The notes beneath the pieces are model-generated. The model was not told the origin of the DNA. It saw only the letters and a program-made list of their open reading frames with translations, and did not search any database. A stretch of DNA of 64,000 bases from Glycera tridactyla (Eukaryota). Shown here piece by piece: positions 33,931-47,535 of the stretch. The first letter of the stretch is position 1, and each line of letters begins with the position of its first letter. The translations under genes were made by a program, and so were the position numbers. The stretch is from assembly GCA_965644265.1 (NCBI GenBank), contig OZ286466.1, forward strand, positions 39,866,001 through 39,930,000, written 5' to 3'.

Positions 33931-36362
33931 ATCTTACCATCACTATTGTAGTCATTACTACCACCAGAGACAGATACAGGCAGACAGATAGACAGAGAGA
34001 CAAAATGTAGATAAGCTCACGCAGACAGACAGACAGACAGATAGACAGACAGACATACACACACACACACACACACACAAACTTACACACACAAGCATGT
34101 ACATACCTTACCCCTGCACAGACATGCCAATGAACGAATTTGTTGATTCACTTTGCGCCCTTCATTGATTGGTCGATATGGCGATGATTTTGATAGCAGG
34201 ACGGACTTTTCGCACGATGCTTCTCAGGAGACCTCAAATCCTTGGATGGAGAATGCACTCGTGCCATTTCTTGTAATATTGGGAGTAGTCAGTGAGTGAA
34301 AGGCTGTGGGTGAATGTGTGTTCCACCCCATCTCTCTTCTCTTCGTCATGGCGTTAGCAATAAACTTGGGAGGTGGGACCAATACTGGGGTGAAACTACT
34401 GAGCCGGATTGCTATACTTTGTTTTTATCTCTACTGCTTTCTTCATATGTATCGAGTTCAATATCAGGACCCCTATTAAATCCCTGATTATCCCCATCAG
34501 CGAAATCTATTCTGGACCTGGCAGAAAAGAGATTTGTTTCCTGTTCATTAGGCAGTCCCATAGTTCCCACAGTAATGGATAGCTTTACATGATGCTAATA
34601 TCTTACGTACATACCATTCCCCTCCCTTCACACCTGCAATAAACAATGATACGCACAGTACAAGTTGAAGAATTAACAATAAGATGATATAATAACAATA
34701 ATCAATGTATGCTATGATTCAATCGACACTGACTCACTTTAGTCGAGATGTAACATGGGACTAAATCAGATATAATAGAGAAATATACTTTGAACGAAAA
34801 AATTTCAGGCGGAGGACAGAGTGAGGGAAACATATACTAATTGGGGAGAATGAGGGTATGCCATACATAGATTCAATGTACAATAATAACTAGGCAGAGT
34901 TCTGCTGGGCATGAAAGTTCCCAACTTTTAGGGTTTTCAACATCATTGACCAAGTGCCAATAACATTATGTTCCTCTAAGGGTTGGGCACAGTGGACCTG
35001 TCCACAAGCCTTCGAACTCTTTCTCGAAATACGTTGTGAATAAGTGGCGATGTAAGTGCTTCAACCTTTGTTTGTTTATTTGCTTGGGGTCTAATGGCAT
35101 GTTTCAATCCATAAGGTTATGATAGACATGTGTTCTTGATCTATGAAGGCCGTATGTCCAGTCTCCAGCAGGCACAATCCTTACAATCCCTGAACATATG
35201 ATGATGAAGAACCAGATGAGATGTCAAGTGGAACTAAGTGACAATTGAGTCGCACCTCTACATGCCTCTGAACAAACCTATGGATGGCATACCAAACCAT
35301 ATAGCTCGCTGGAGACTGACATTCAAGTCGGCTAGTAATGCCACATGCAGATGCGAGCAAAACACCATTGCCATACGCTCTAAACCCCTCTCAATCGCTC
35401 TCGAACACAATCTGTACACTTCGTTGGCAATATGATATGGTATTTCGATGAAGTAGGAATTATACGAGGATGTGCAACAATGACTTGACTTAGTTCCCAT
35501 CATTCATCACTTTCGAACCATGCACAAGAACATACACGGGTACACTCATGCACGTGTGTGTCCACCAACAGGAACTTACACGAATATACATTTACACAGA
35601 CATTTTCCCATCGATGGCAGCGACATGGATTAATTTGTCGGGATGCACTCCTGTAGAAAAGTTAATTGGAGCCTTTCAAGCCTTTTGAAGTGATGAATCC
35701 ATGCTTGCAACCTTCTTGACGCTAATGCATGGTGCACATGGTCTTCAATATATGAGAAGTTTAATGACACTGATTAATGACACTGATTTGATTTACTCGC
35801 CCATTGATATTGGATAATCCATGGGCATATGATTTTGGTTCATGTGGGCGGATTACAAGTTGAGACTAGAAGACACAGCACTCATTCACATCCACTCCGC
35901 AACTATGGGAACAAAGGTGTAAGGTGTATGAAGATTGAAAGGGTATGATTGTGAAACCGAATCTTAGATATCTGAATTTGAACAAAAATGCAGTAGGTTT
36001 AGAATATAAAATGTATGTCTTATGACCAATATATACACGACAAACTATACAATCCCTGGGTGTGTGATTGTATGGCAATTAGCACTCAAGGGTACAACAC
36101 AAAGAATGCGTATGGATGCAGAACTACTCTTTCAGTCACTAGAAAGATTAAAATTCTTCATATATACCAACATACTATCATTGACGCATATTATGAGAAG
36201 ACTGCCTTCATTTTGTGCATTTCGCACGTGCCATTCTTTTGGTAAAAGCGCAATTTTACAGAACTGAATATTGGTTTTCCATAAACCCAACGCTCTCTAT
36301 TGCGGGATTCTTTTAGTACTTGTATATCCCAATCGCAGATCCATACATTTTTGTAAGATTAC

Positions 36363-36575
36363 CTAGTTGGGGTCAGACATAATTCCAATATATGATAATG
36401 ACTTATTGCAACCAAAATTTCTTGACAAACACATGATGTATACAACATAAGCTAGTTGGGGTCAGACATAATATCAATATATGATAATGACTTATTACAA
36501 CCACAATATCTTGACGAACACAGTGTGTATAAAACATAATCTAGTTGGGGTCATACATACTTTCAATTTATGATA
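36363..36575. repeat. 89-bp tandem repeat, ~2.4 copies
   Basis: ctagttggggtca recurs at 36363, 36452 and 36541. Confidence 0.88.
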
Positions 36576-38134
36576 ATGCCATATTACTACCATGGATAGC
36601 CTGCACTAATGATCACTGGGCAGAGCTCGTGTTGAAGGCTTCTCATGTGATTATCAGAATTGTGGATACAATTATTCTCCATATATGCTCATCTCAAAGC
36701 CAGGATCAGAGCAGACCTAATACTCTCTTTTGAAATTGACTATGGGTTTTTCATATAGAAGGATCTGGGGTAGAGGACATACTTCTCTCTTTCTCGGACT
36801 ATCTATCTTTTACTCACTCATACCCACTAGCACCACACATAACCCCCCCCCCACACACACACACAAACCCACACACTCACAGACAGACGCACACACAAGC
36901 ACAAATCAAACACAGTTTTGACAGCATGATATGGTCTCTTAATGAAAATTACTATATTACAAGGAATTCGACGAGGATGTGGAACAATATCACGAAACGA
37001 GTTTTACCATGTTCTCTCTCTCACACACACCCACACATGCACACGCATGCATGCACACACACATATCTATGTATATGTATATACACAAACACATGCATAC
37101 CCGCACACGGACACAAATAAATATGACTACCGACACAGAGACACACATACATATATACACACACACCCTCATCAACTCACTGGTGACAAAGACGGATCCA
37201 CTCTAGCATAAATCTAGGACGGGATATTTAGCAACTGAATATCCACATGGACGTTCTTTCATGAACTAAAATACTGACATTGATCAGGTGCCAAGTGACT
37301 GCTTGTTTCAATCTCGGATCCACTTAGCATAGATTCAGGACAGGACTCACTTTCTGCAACTGAGTAATTTCATGGACGCACCAGTGCTTTCACGAACTAA
37401 GATACCTACAATGACCAGGTGTCGAATGACTGCTTGTTGTACTCTCTCTGTAGCTCCAAGCATCTAGATGGTGGTGATAGATGTACTCCCATCATCTGGA
37501 GATTCAAAATGAGAGGCTGATATGATGCATTTAGCAATTGCCCCTTAATTAGGGTACCCGATTTTCCAAGCAATCTTTTCAGGTGCTTTTCCTACCTCAC
37601 CCAGGTTGATCCCATAGGCCGGTGTGGTGCACTTGATGTGCTTCCTAGAACCTGGCTCTTGGGTTATCAATGTTTACAAAGCATTGTTTTCCGGTGTTCT
37701 TCCCATCTTCATCATTCAATATCGTACCGATCACTGCGAAACGTATGCACAAATGGATGGTATGATTTGAAAAGGTAACAATTGTCTGCATGTGCAGGAC
37801 TGTTGGTGTATTTGGGAACTAAACTCCACTCGGTATCTGTCGCAGCCAAATTTGGTGAAAATAACAGTAGGATGTACTGAAATGATATTCCATGCCAAAC
37901 CTGGAAGGATCACTATATGAAATCATGCACTTGGAAGAAAAGTGATATATACCACGAGGTGCAATTTGTATGAATTGCCGAAAGGAATTCTCATGAATTT
38001 CTCCATCACGTGATTTTTCACATTGGTATTTGTGAATAAAACGTAGGGAGATCTTTCGGCTGGAGTGATTACATAAGTGAAACGAAGGCACCAGAAATAT
38101 ACCAATATCATATTTGTGTCAGTGCATATGTGTG

Positions 38135-38168
38135 TTCTGTGTGCGTGCGTGTGTGTGTGAGTGTGTGG

Positions 38169-38224
<56 letters not shown>

Positions 38225-38235
38225 GTGTGTGCATG
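38135..38235. repeat. (GT)n microsatellite
   Basis: Read directly from the sequence. Confidence 0.95.
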
Positions 38236-39265
38236 CGTGTGTATGTTCATGTGTGTACCATTTATACATAGGTTACATCTTGAAGAGATTTTCTATTTGA
38301 AAAGACTCAACTTGAGATGAAAACAACTAAATGCAGTTGTTAACTACCTCTCCCTGCAATCCTCTATAGTAGATTCATCAAGTGATTCTTCAATTTATTG
38401 ATCAATTCTCACCAATGAACCTGTCATAGAGACTTTTACTTACAAACCAGTTCTTGGAACGACCCCCGCCGCCAACCCGACGTCTGTCTGTCTTCCATCA
38501 TTGTTGCAATGTTAGAGGGGTGTTGAACTGATGCCATGGAGAATTTATCAAAATCCCACATCTTCCTACAAGTTGAAGCAATTGCTACAACGCAACACCT
38601 CACATCTGTTACATCTGAGAATGCCGGATACATGCCGATTATGTAATGGTGAATAATCATATGACATATTGTTGGTATTTTTTACCAGGACCTATGTAAT
38701 GATAGCAGACCTGCCAATATCCAAACCCCACGTTCAGGAAGTTGTGGCCATTATGAGCACATTTTCAGTAAGATTTCAGCACCTTTAGTAAGATTTGGAA
38801 AATGAGAAAATATGCATGAACCATAAACCTTTGATTGAAGTTTCATGCAATATAACAACTTTTGACTCTCCTCAGCATTCTGTTTATTTTCTGGGATAGA
38901 TTGGTCGTATGGAAGAAAAATCCATCACAAGACAGCGGTTCAGATGATTCATCATAAAGAATGAATATATGAAGAAATATGGTTGCTGTTTGATATCCAA
39001 CTACACTCATTAGTCATATTCTAACATGATAAGCAAATACAAGGTCATTCTGTCCGCTGCGTAGGCAGAGGCCCCATAAACATCCCGCAACAACACTCAC
39101 CACAGTGATTAGGCAATTTCTGTTGGTTTTCTCTCTGCCTAAAGCCCTCAGTATCACAGCTAAATTCTGAGATTACGGACTTTTCTTCTGGATGTTGGCA
39201 GGTCTGTAATAGTGGCTGGAAGACTGGATCGAATAAAGCTGACTGAAAAGTGAAAACGAATGGAA

Positions 39266-39271
39266 TTTATT
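39266..39271 (-). promoter_or_regulatory. Candidate polyadenylation signal of the K2P gene
   Basis: First canonical AATAAA I found on the minus strand downstream of the stop codon (~1 kb). Confidence 0.3.
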
Positions 39272-40256
39272 GCATACTTTCTTTTGCGCTTCATTGAATT
39301 GTGACTGGACAGGAAAACTCGTCGCAAATTGGATGAAAAATGGGAGGGGGGATTCTAAAATACCATCATAACTTAGATACACATAGAATCATGAAACATT
39401 AGTTGTCACTACCCAGGAAAGAGTGAAATTTGCATTTGGTTGGTTTGTCTGTGATTATGAAAAACGGCCTTAATGTGAGGATAAATCCACCCACATCAAT
39501 TAGCTTTCGGCCTCGTAAGAATCAATGGCAACCCCACCTCATGAGAAATGGTGGCCCAATTCAATGGTCGCGGGATATTGCCATATGTCACCATGTAATT
39601 TGCCTAACTTCCATATCTCGGTCATCATTTCTCTTTTCTTATATTTTCACCCCATGCGTGTTGCCTGTTATTGGCCTTCCAATGCTTTGCCACGGCTTCA
39701 ACCATTGCAAACCCAGCAACAGCCATCAGCAACCATGGATGGTGAAGTGGACCAAGAATCTAGACTTAGGCCTGAGTTTTGAGGTAGAGAGGATGGCTCA
39801 TGGGACAGGAACCGTATGATAATCACGCAAAGACCAATTTACAGCCCACAATTTGGGATATATTTGTATCTCGCTAATGTCGAACTTTTTGTCTTCAAGG
39901 GCATCGCTCCTACACACGACTCGTCTTGGGGCGCTATTCGCAAACCACGAGATCTCTTGAGAGATGATATGATATCATTGCTAGTTCTCTCATGGCTTCT
40001 GAACACGCCCTCTACACACAGGGCTGAATCTCGAGCTCGCGAGAGTTCCGTCCCACTCTCGTCAGCATTCTCGAGCTTCCTTGACACGCTCAGAGTGATC
40101 TGGTTCCTGAAGGAAGTTGTGCATATATGCAGCTTCCCCTTCTTGGGACTAATCGCTGCGACGTTGTAACGCCGTCGACGTCGACGTGAGAATTCTCTGA
40201 GGTCATCAGCGATACCCCGACGTTCTATAGCTCATAACCACCCTGACGGTGATTGC

Positions 40257-42946
40257 TTAACCTTCATCCTCGTCACGTAGTAATCCTAACTTCCGCCCTA
40301 CCCATTTACACTTCTCCTTCACTTCTTCTTGCATCAGATTGAAACACATAGCTAGAAGAGATAATCCAAAGGCTAACCACAAGGCACACAATACAAGTTT
40401 TTTGTGAGAGGACCACTCCTTCATATCCGTGCCTGGAACAATATCACCAAAACCTATAGTACTCAATGTAATGAAACAGAAATAGGACCCTGTCAGATAA
40501 TCCCAATCTTCCCAGAGTGTGAACAAGACTGATCCGGCGAAGATGTATCCTGCGATGATGATAAGACAGATGGAGATGGGAACTGTCACTTTACCCTCAT
40601 CCTCCTCCTCCTCGTAATCAAAGGGGTCCTCGGCAAAGCCCAGTGGTGCCCCATCAGGGTAATCCAGCAGTTCTATGTCGTAGGAGGATTCAGTGCCGAC
40701 GTTGATAGCAATAGATTCAGGCTGGAACTTGACTACACTGCCCTCTTCTGTCCTATCAGTATCACTAGTAGGGCCACCGGGCTCCTCTAGCAAGTCATCG
40801 GCGAATGACTCACTCTTAGCAGTCACAAATGACTCTGCTGAGTCGTGTCTATCAGCGTCAGTCAGTCGACGTGTCTCCTCCGACGATTCTGATGAAGGAT
40901 TACGTCGCGTCGACGTCAGCCTCCATTTCTTACTACCACCGTCTCTACGTCGGAGTGATTTGCCAAAATTATGGTCACGCTTACCCGAACGTTTCGCAGA
41001 CCGCTGACGCGATAATCCGCCATGAGGTTTATCCGATTCCACAAATTCTTTCCGTCTACTGGGACTTCTATCATTGTGAACATCTTTGTGTTTTTTATCC
41101 TCTGAGCTCGGACTACGATCTTTCAATATACTTTTCTTATTTTCGTCCTTATTCGAACTTTTTTCATTGGATGCTTGATCCTTTTTGGGAGTCTTGCTCC
41201 GTTCCCGCGCCAATGCGGGATTCTCTTTTGCTGCACTTTCTACCTTTAACGTGTCCTTCTCCTTCGGGGATTTCGGCACATCCTTTGCTCTATCCTGCTC
41301 ACTGGAACTATCCTTTGATTTGTCATCGGATTTCTCACGTGAAGTGGATCTATCTGTGCCTTTATCCACGTGTAACTTCTCCTTATCCTTATTTTCTGTT
41401 TTATCCTTATCACTGGACCTTCCTCTCCTGTCGAGTTTCTTATCCATTGCTTTCTTATCCTTTTCGGTGTCCTTTTTCTCCTTATCCTTTTTATCCCGCT
41501 CAGCAGCGTCCTTTTTGTCTTTGTCTTTTTTCTCCTTATCACTGTCTTTTTTCTCCTTGTCCTTTTTCTCCTTGTCACTGTCTCTTTTATCCTTCTCTTT
41601 TTTCTCTTTATCACTGTCTTTTTTGTCTTTCTTATCTTTCTCCTTATCTTTCTTTTCTTTGTCTTTCTTGTCTTTGTCCTTGCTCGGTTTTTCTTTTTCA
41701 TCCGAGCTTTTCCCGCTATCTTTCCCTTTGGAGTCTTTGTGCAGTTTCTTATCTTTATCACTACCTTTTCCTTTCTCCCTACTCTTACTTCTATCTTTCT
41801 CTTTCCTACTTTTAGATCTACTTCTATCTTTCTCCCTCTCTTTCTCCCTGTCCTTATGTCTGATTGTTTTACGTTTTGTAGACTTGTCATGAAAATCTTT
41901 ATGTTTTTCAGTAGATGCTTTATCCCTGGACTTTCGTTCACCACTAACACCTTTCTGTACACTGGCGGACATAGGGGATATGGTAGCTTCTGCAGGAAGG
42001 AAGACTTCATCGTCACTATATGTGTCATCATCATCAATGATGGCAGTCTCTCTACAATCTGCTAATCCGTCAAGATTACTCAGGATTGTATCACTGTTAG
42101 GAGTCCGAGGCCCACTTGGTGAGTCATCATCAATGACGTCATCCAAGATGTCCGTCTCTCTTATATCAGTGTCACTTTCAAAATCGCTATCCAATATGGC
42201 CGTTTCTTTAATATCCTCATCACTATCCAAGATGGCTGTCTCTCGATCGGCCGAGCTAGGAACATTTGGGTTGGTGAGTAAAGAAGTGGGCCGACCTATG
42301 GGACTTGAAGTCCGAGGCGATTCAAGTCGGCCCTTTGGACGCGGCGATATATCAAGGGGACTACTCGGCCTACTACTCTCCTGTGCACTACTCGGCTGAC
42401 TCCCATCCTGAGAATTCGTCGGCCGATTTTTGTTGTGTTTATTAACGTCAGTTTTATTTGCTGGCGTTGTTTTACAACCATTTTTACTTTTACACTCCTC
42501 ATCCGAGGTACCTCCGGCCGCCTGCTCGATATCCTCGCAGTTCTGCGGCATTTCGTGGTCTGTATTCGTATCCTCGTCATCGCGACCGATGCTTTTCTCC
42601 TCGGCGTCGTCAACGACCTCCGTCAAACTGCGACACTCTGGATTCAGGTCGTCCTCGTCGTCAACATAGTATGTTGTATCAACCACCGCCGGCCGTAATA
42701 CACTGTTGCGCTGTGCTGCTTGCTCGCGTTTCCGCTTGAGGCGCTTGCGTTCGCGCTCCTTGTTTCGCTCACACTTTTGACAGCAGCACAGATCACAGCA
42801 GATTCGCTTGTAGAAAAGTCGGAAGCAGTCAGCCAGGAAGTTACCGATGTTGGAGAGATAGAGGAATGTAAGAGGAATGCCAACAAGAGCGTAAACAATG
42901 GTCACTAGCCGGCCCCAGGAAGTCTTTGGTGCTATATGGCCATAAC
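40257..42946 (-). CDS. Terminal coding exon of a two-pore-domain potassium channel (K2P; invertebrate TWK-7/TWK-18, TRESK-like architecture): end of P1, M2, giant loop, M3, P2, M4
   Basis: GYGHIAPKTSWGRLVTIVYALVGIPLTFLYLSNIG (P1-M2), VPISICLIIIAGYIFAGSVLF (M3), GSYFCFITLSTIGFGDIVPG (P2) and M4 LWLAFGLSLLAMCFNLMQEEV. The exon begins at a polypyrimidine+CAG acceptor that splits the first Gly of GYG (phase 1). The first 30 aa of the listed ORF are intronic. Confidence 0.95.
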
Positions 42947-42972
42947 CTGCAACAGAGGGGAGAGACAGGCAA
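42947..42972 (-). promoter_or_regulatory. Splice acceptor of the K2P terminal exon
   Basis: Minus strand ttgcctgtctctcccctctgttgcag|GTTATGGC. Confidence 0.9.
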
Positions 42973-44224
42973 TCAGAAAATCTGCACAAATAGGGCTTGA
43001 ACCAAAGGCAGAAAAAAGCAGCTAAAATCAGAAACAAAATTGATCATAATTGGGAACAACCCAAATACAAGCTATGAAGTCTCACCTACAAAAACAAATT
43101 GTTCTCATCAGCATATAGAATGAAAGATGAAGCGCCGCATGAAGATGATGTGATGTCATGTGATAAGTGATTCGTCCTTTGGACAGGTCCTTTGGATATG
43201 AAAATATCTCCAGAATCACGAGCATGTGCTATATCATATACACGTTTCAACACATTCACTCGTATGTGAGTGAGTCTCTAAAGTTCCTTCAACACCACAT
43301 CAACGTGAGAACAAATCTCCGATCAGTCAATAATATATAATGGTGTGATGGTATCCCTGAACAGATTGAACCAGACTGCTTTTTAAATGGGACAGTCTCA
43401 ATTGGTATGCAGTCTTTTCATGATAACATTTTCAGGGTCCGGAGACCAAAATACACCAATCAATTTTAAAGGAATTCTGATGATGAAAGGACGAAAGGGC
43501 CAACAATAACTCTGGCAAGAGTATTTGGCTGATATCATGCTAGGAACCAGAAAAATGCCGAATTGGTTTCCGGCGTATTGACAAGGAGGGAGTGGTATCA
43601 GCTGCGATAGTAAATCCGGCAATGACAAATATGAATATAGGTGGAAAATATTATCCCCCTTTTTGACAAATACAAGCTATGAAGTCTCACCAACAAAAAC
43701 AGATTGTTGTCATTAGCATATAGAAATACTGACAAAAATCTTTGCCTCAGATTTCTTCTTTTCCAGCTGGCGGAAAGCTTCTCACTCCTAATTCCCGAAT
43801 AGACGTGACCTACAAACCAAAATGATACTGTATATTTCAGCCAGATATGACTCTTCATAGAAACATTTCTAGAAGCAAAGGGTTTGTAGGGTATGAATAT
43901 ATTTCGAGATGTGTCGTTGAAANNNNNNNNNNNNNNNNNNNNNNNNNNNNNNNNNNNNNNNNNNNNNNNNNNNNNNNNNNNNNNNNNNNNNNNNNNNNNN
44001 NNNNNNNNNNNNNNNNNNNNNNNNNNNNNNNNNNNNNNNNNNNNNNNNNNNNNNNNNNNNNNNNNNNNNNNNNNNNNNNNNNNNNNNNNNNNNNNNNNNN
44101 NNNNNNNNNNNNNNNNNNNNNNCACACCCTCACACCCAAACAAACAAACACATATATATGTGTGAGTATTCGTATCACACACACACATATACACACACAC
44201 TCAACACATACACTCATCACACCT

Positions 44225-44227
<3 letters not shown>

Positions 44228-44301
<74 letters not shown>
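44228..44301. repeat. (CA)n microsatellite
   Basis: Read directly from the sequence. Confidence 0.95.
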
Positions 44302-44304
<3 letters not shown>

Positions 44305-47097
44305 GATTAGAAAGAGCAGTAGCACACAGGAAGGCAGATAACTACATAAACAATCAAACTAAGGCTACGTTTACAATGGTTTTTTGAACATCCGCTGGAA
44401 AAGTAGGCCCCCTACACTCAAACCTATTTGTAATGTGAATGCAACACAGATTGATGTCTTTGCGACAAGAACAGACTATAGTATGAGGTAGGGAGAGTTA
44501 GGCGAAAAGGTATGATGTACGGCCGTCAGCCAGCAGGCAGGTGGGCGAAACAACCTGTTGAGCAGACAGCAGGAGAGCAGTGGGGGTGAGCTGGTGTCAG
44601 AAATATCACATGTGCAGATACTAGGAACCCCCATGACCCGACAGGCGCTTCACCACAACTTATGAGTGGAGGTAATCTAGGTGTTGCATAGATTCTCCTT
44701 TGATTTGGCCTTTGGAGAATACGCTCCCCTTTGCCTGCCTTCATTTGCACGAAGTGATAGGAGTTATTTCGGCGGCCTTCACGTGACCCCTGGAGGCGGC
44801 CTTGGCCACGCATTCCCTGAAAATGCTGGCAGGAGACCGGGGTGTGGGGGTACCCTTCACCTGGATATAACTCACCCCCGCCATTAGATGAGAATATATA
44901 TCTACCCCATCCCATCTCAAGCTCACCCCCTCCCTCGATCTGCTTATAACGCCAGTCCCCTCAGCACCCGTCAACCGAGAACACCCTCAGGGGTTGGTTG
45001 GTTGGTTCTGGTTTGACGTCACGTCAGCACCATATGTGCTATATTGTGACGGGCGGAATCATTCAGGACTACTCCACCTCCCAGGTCGTTAGCAGAAGGT
45101 GAAAATTAATGACATTCACGGACCCTCAATGTATCATTTATGTTATGAAAGATGTTGACCATGGTGTTACCCTGTGAAAATGGGATTGATTCACATGATT
45201 GTTATTTCTATATGTCTTCTACAGTGAAGAAGGGATCAGTTCACTTGGCCGACACTTGGCCGGACACCCTCGGGAGACTTTCTCCACATGCTCTAAATAT
45301 CTTTTGCAATAGACTGAAGAGAAATTACATTAGTAAATATATCAGAGATTTTATGAATATCTGGGTAAAGATGCATTACTCGGTCTTACACTGCCACTGA
45401 CATATTCCGAGCATCTTTGATATGGATCTTTTCAGTGAAACTACAAACGTGAAGAGATATTCCAATCTCGAGGTGTCTTACCATTTAGTTCTTTGTAGAC
45501 ATATCAGGCTCTGTCAATGTGTGGGACCTCCAGGTAATGATAGTTGATTCAATAAAGACATGCCCATTATATATTGGGGAAATAAATTGGATGTCATTAG
45601 ACGGATAGAAAGATATGGGACCTGCAGAAACTACGTGTTAACAGCAATCTAGTTCCTAAATGATCATGTCTGTTAGATTGATTGTATTCTGAAAATATGC
45701 ACAACAGCATCGGAATAGACCTGTCAAATACAGGACTCACAAAGAAGGTGATATGTAATAAAATCACGCTTATTGAATGTTGATTGAAATAGGCTATATA
45801 TGCTCAGCCAATCAGATTTCCCCATAAACCTCTGTATATGTCCCGTTGAGGTGAGATGTATATAACACTTACATTAGCACTATCAAAATACATTTGTTGG
45901 CTATACCGGATAGAAACCACTCTTTAAAACCAGCCAGAGTGGTTATCGCAGAAGTATTGCACACAGTAAACACCATTTCTACAGAAGCCACCTGTCTATA
46001 TAGGCCACATTTTCACGCAACCAACCTTGGTCTTAGTCGAAAAGGTTTATGGATAAAGGCTCCAGCGATGTACATCTCATTCCTTCTAATCCAAAAACAA
46101 TACGGAGCATACACATATCAGGATAACAACGTCCATGAGTCCCACTATGAATGAAATTCTTCCACATTACCATAATTTCACCCAATCATTTAGAACACGA
46201 TAAATATAAACATATCAGAAAAAGAATACATTTAATTACTCTCCAGTTGTCATTTGTTGCTGATATAGGCGGTCAAGAGGTTGCCTTTGTCGACAAGTTG
46301 GACTTTGTGTCTCAGAATCCTGTTGCAGAACAAGTGTTATCAAACTGGGTCAGAGTGATGTTTTTTTGTGTAGACAAAAGGAGGCACGAGAGCCAAGGGT
46401 ATGTGTGCCATGAAGGATTAGCCACCACAAGCAAGGCTAGTCAAGTAGGCTGGGGCAAGTTTTGCCAAGGCCAAGACTATATCAGTCTGTGATATACTGT
46501 AGCAACACAGTCATGGGAAATCCACTAGCCCCAACAAACAATCCACATCGGGCCAGTGCCTGCCATTATGAGCAGCAAACCGAGTATTTGCTAGCCATAC
46601 CCCAGTTTTGGTGACCTTTCACCAAATTCTTGTGTTTCTATCCATACTCGATATGTGTTACATTTGGGTAAAACGGTCCCTCAGGTCACTCTCAACAAAT
46701 GGGCCACTTGGCTTTCGCTTGTAGATAGCGCACAGTTTCTGCGCGAGTGTTTGCACAAGGCTTGTAGTAGCCTAACACCAGGGACGTTTCACCGATAAAT
46801 CATTTCACTCAAAGGCCGAGCAGTGATGGGCGGTTTGTATGCCACGGTTCTGTTCAGTTGCACACGCCGTCAAACAACTTTTCTTCAAATTGCTTATGTG
46901 GCAATACATAACTGAAACGGGCCCCAGGGTAATCGATATTCAGCCTCGTTTGCATCCTTAACCTTGTTACATGATATACAAATGTAACACTGTAGAAAGG
47001 AACATGGTGACAAAATCTCGCTTATGGACTCGCCGCCTTGATTTCAGACAGATTTCATATTTCCATTGACACATCTCTGATATAATGACATGATGTC

Positions 47098-47290
47098 TGT
47101 TCGTTTGTTAGATGTTTGATGGCATGTATCAGCCCAGAGGATTATGTATGCCGCGTGATCCCAGTAAATGAAAGCTTGATGTTCTCGTCCCTGCAGACAT
47201 CACTCTCACAAACACTCAACACAAGATGATGGGAACCTGAAAGCTTGTCGAGTCGAAGTAGCTGACAGTACAGACCCACCTCCATCTCAT
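47098..47290 (-). mobile_element. Old dispersed repeat, probably a SINE/LINE 3' end with (CAAA)n tail; related copies at ~35070-35130, ~48566-48720 and ~50530-50680
   Basis: Shared gtttgtt...atggcatgtatcaRcccagaggatta...catcactc...acaagatgatgg. Confidence 0.5.
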
Positions 47291-47535
47291 TACCATAGAT
47301 ATAGTAAACCTGAAGATGGCATATCTGACTATGTAACTGGCAATGACACGATGAAATTGACGAGAAAATATCAGCGTAGCGACCCCTCCCCTCCCGATTT
47401 CTCGTTACTGTATCGTGTCCTATCATGAAGAAATTACAGTAAATGAAATGATTTGATTTGCCTGTGCTTATGATTTTGCTGATTGACTGCCTGCCCACAT
47501 GGACCAGTCTCAATATACATCAGGATGCATCTTGC

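Noticed and set aside
40700-40725. PESIAIN as a TRESK-like calcineurin PxIxIT docking site
   Set aside because: The spacing does not fit PxIxIT (one extra residue); too weak to report.
40693-42739. Long plus-strand ORFs (328, 235, 139 aa etc.) antisense to the channel exon
   Set aside because: Shadow ORFs of a low-complexity purine-rich coding strand; no domain signal.
42947-43037. TTG-started N-terminus MFLILAAFF... of the 926-aa ORF as a signal peptide or true start
   Set aside because: It lies upstream of a clear splice acceptor in the conserved phase-1 GYG position; a K2P needs M1/P1 from upstream exons.
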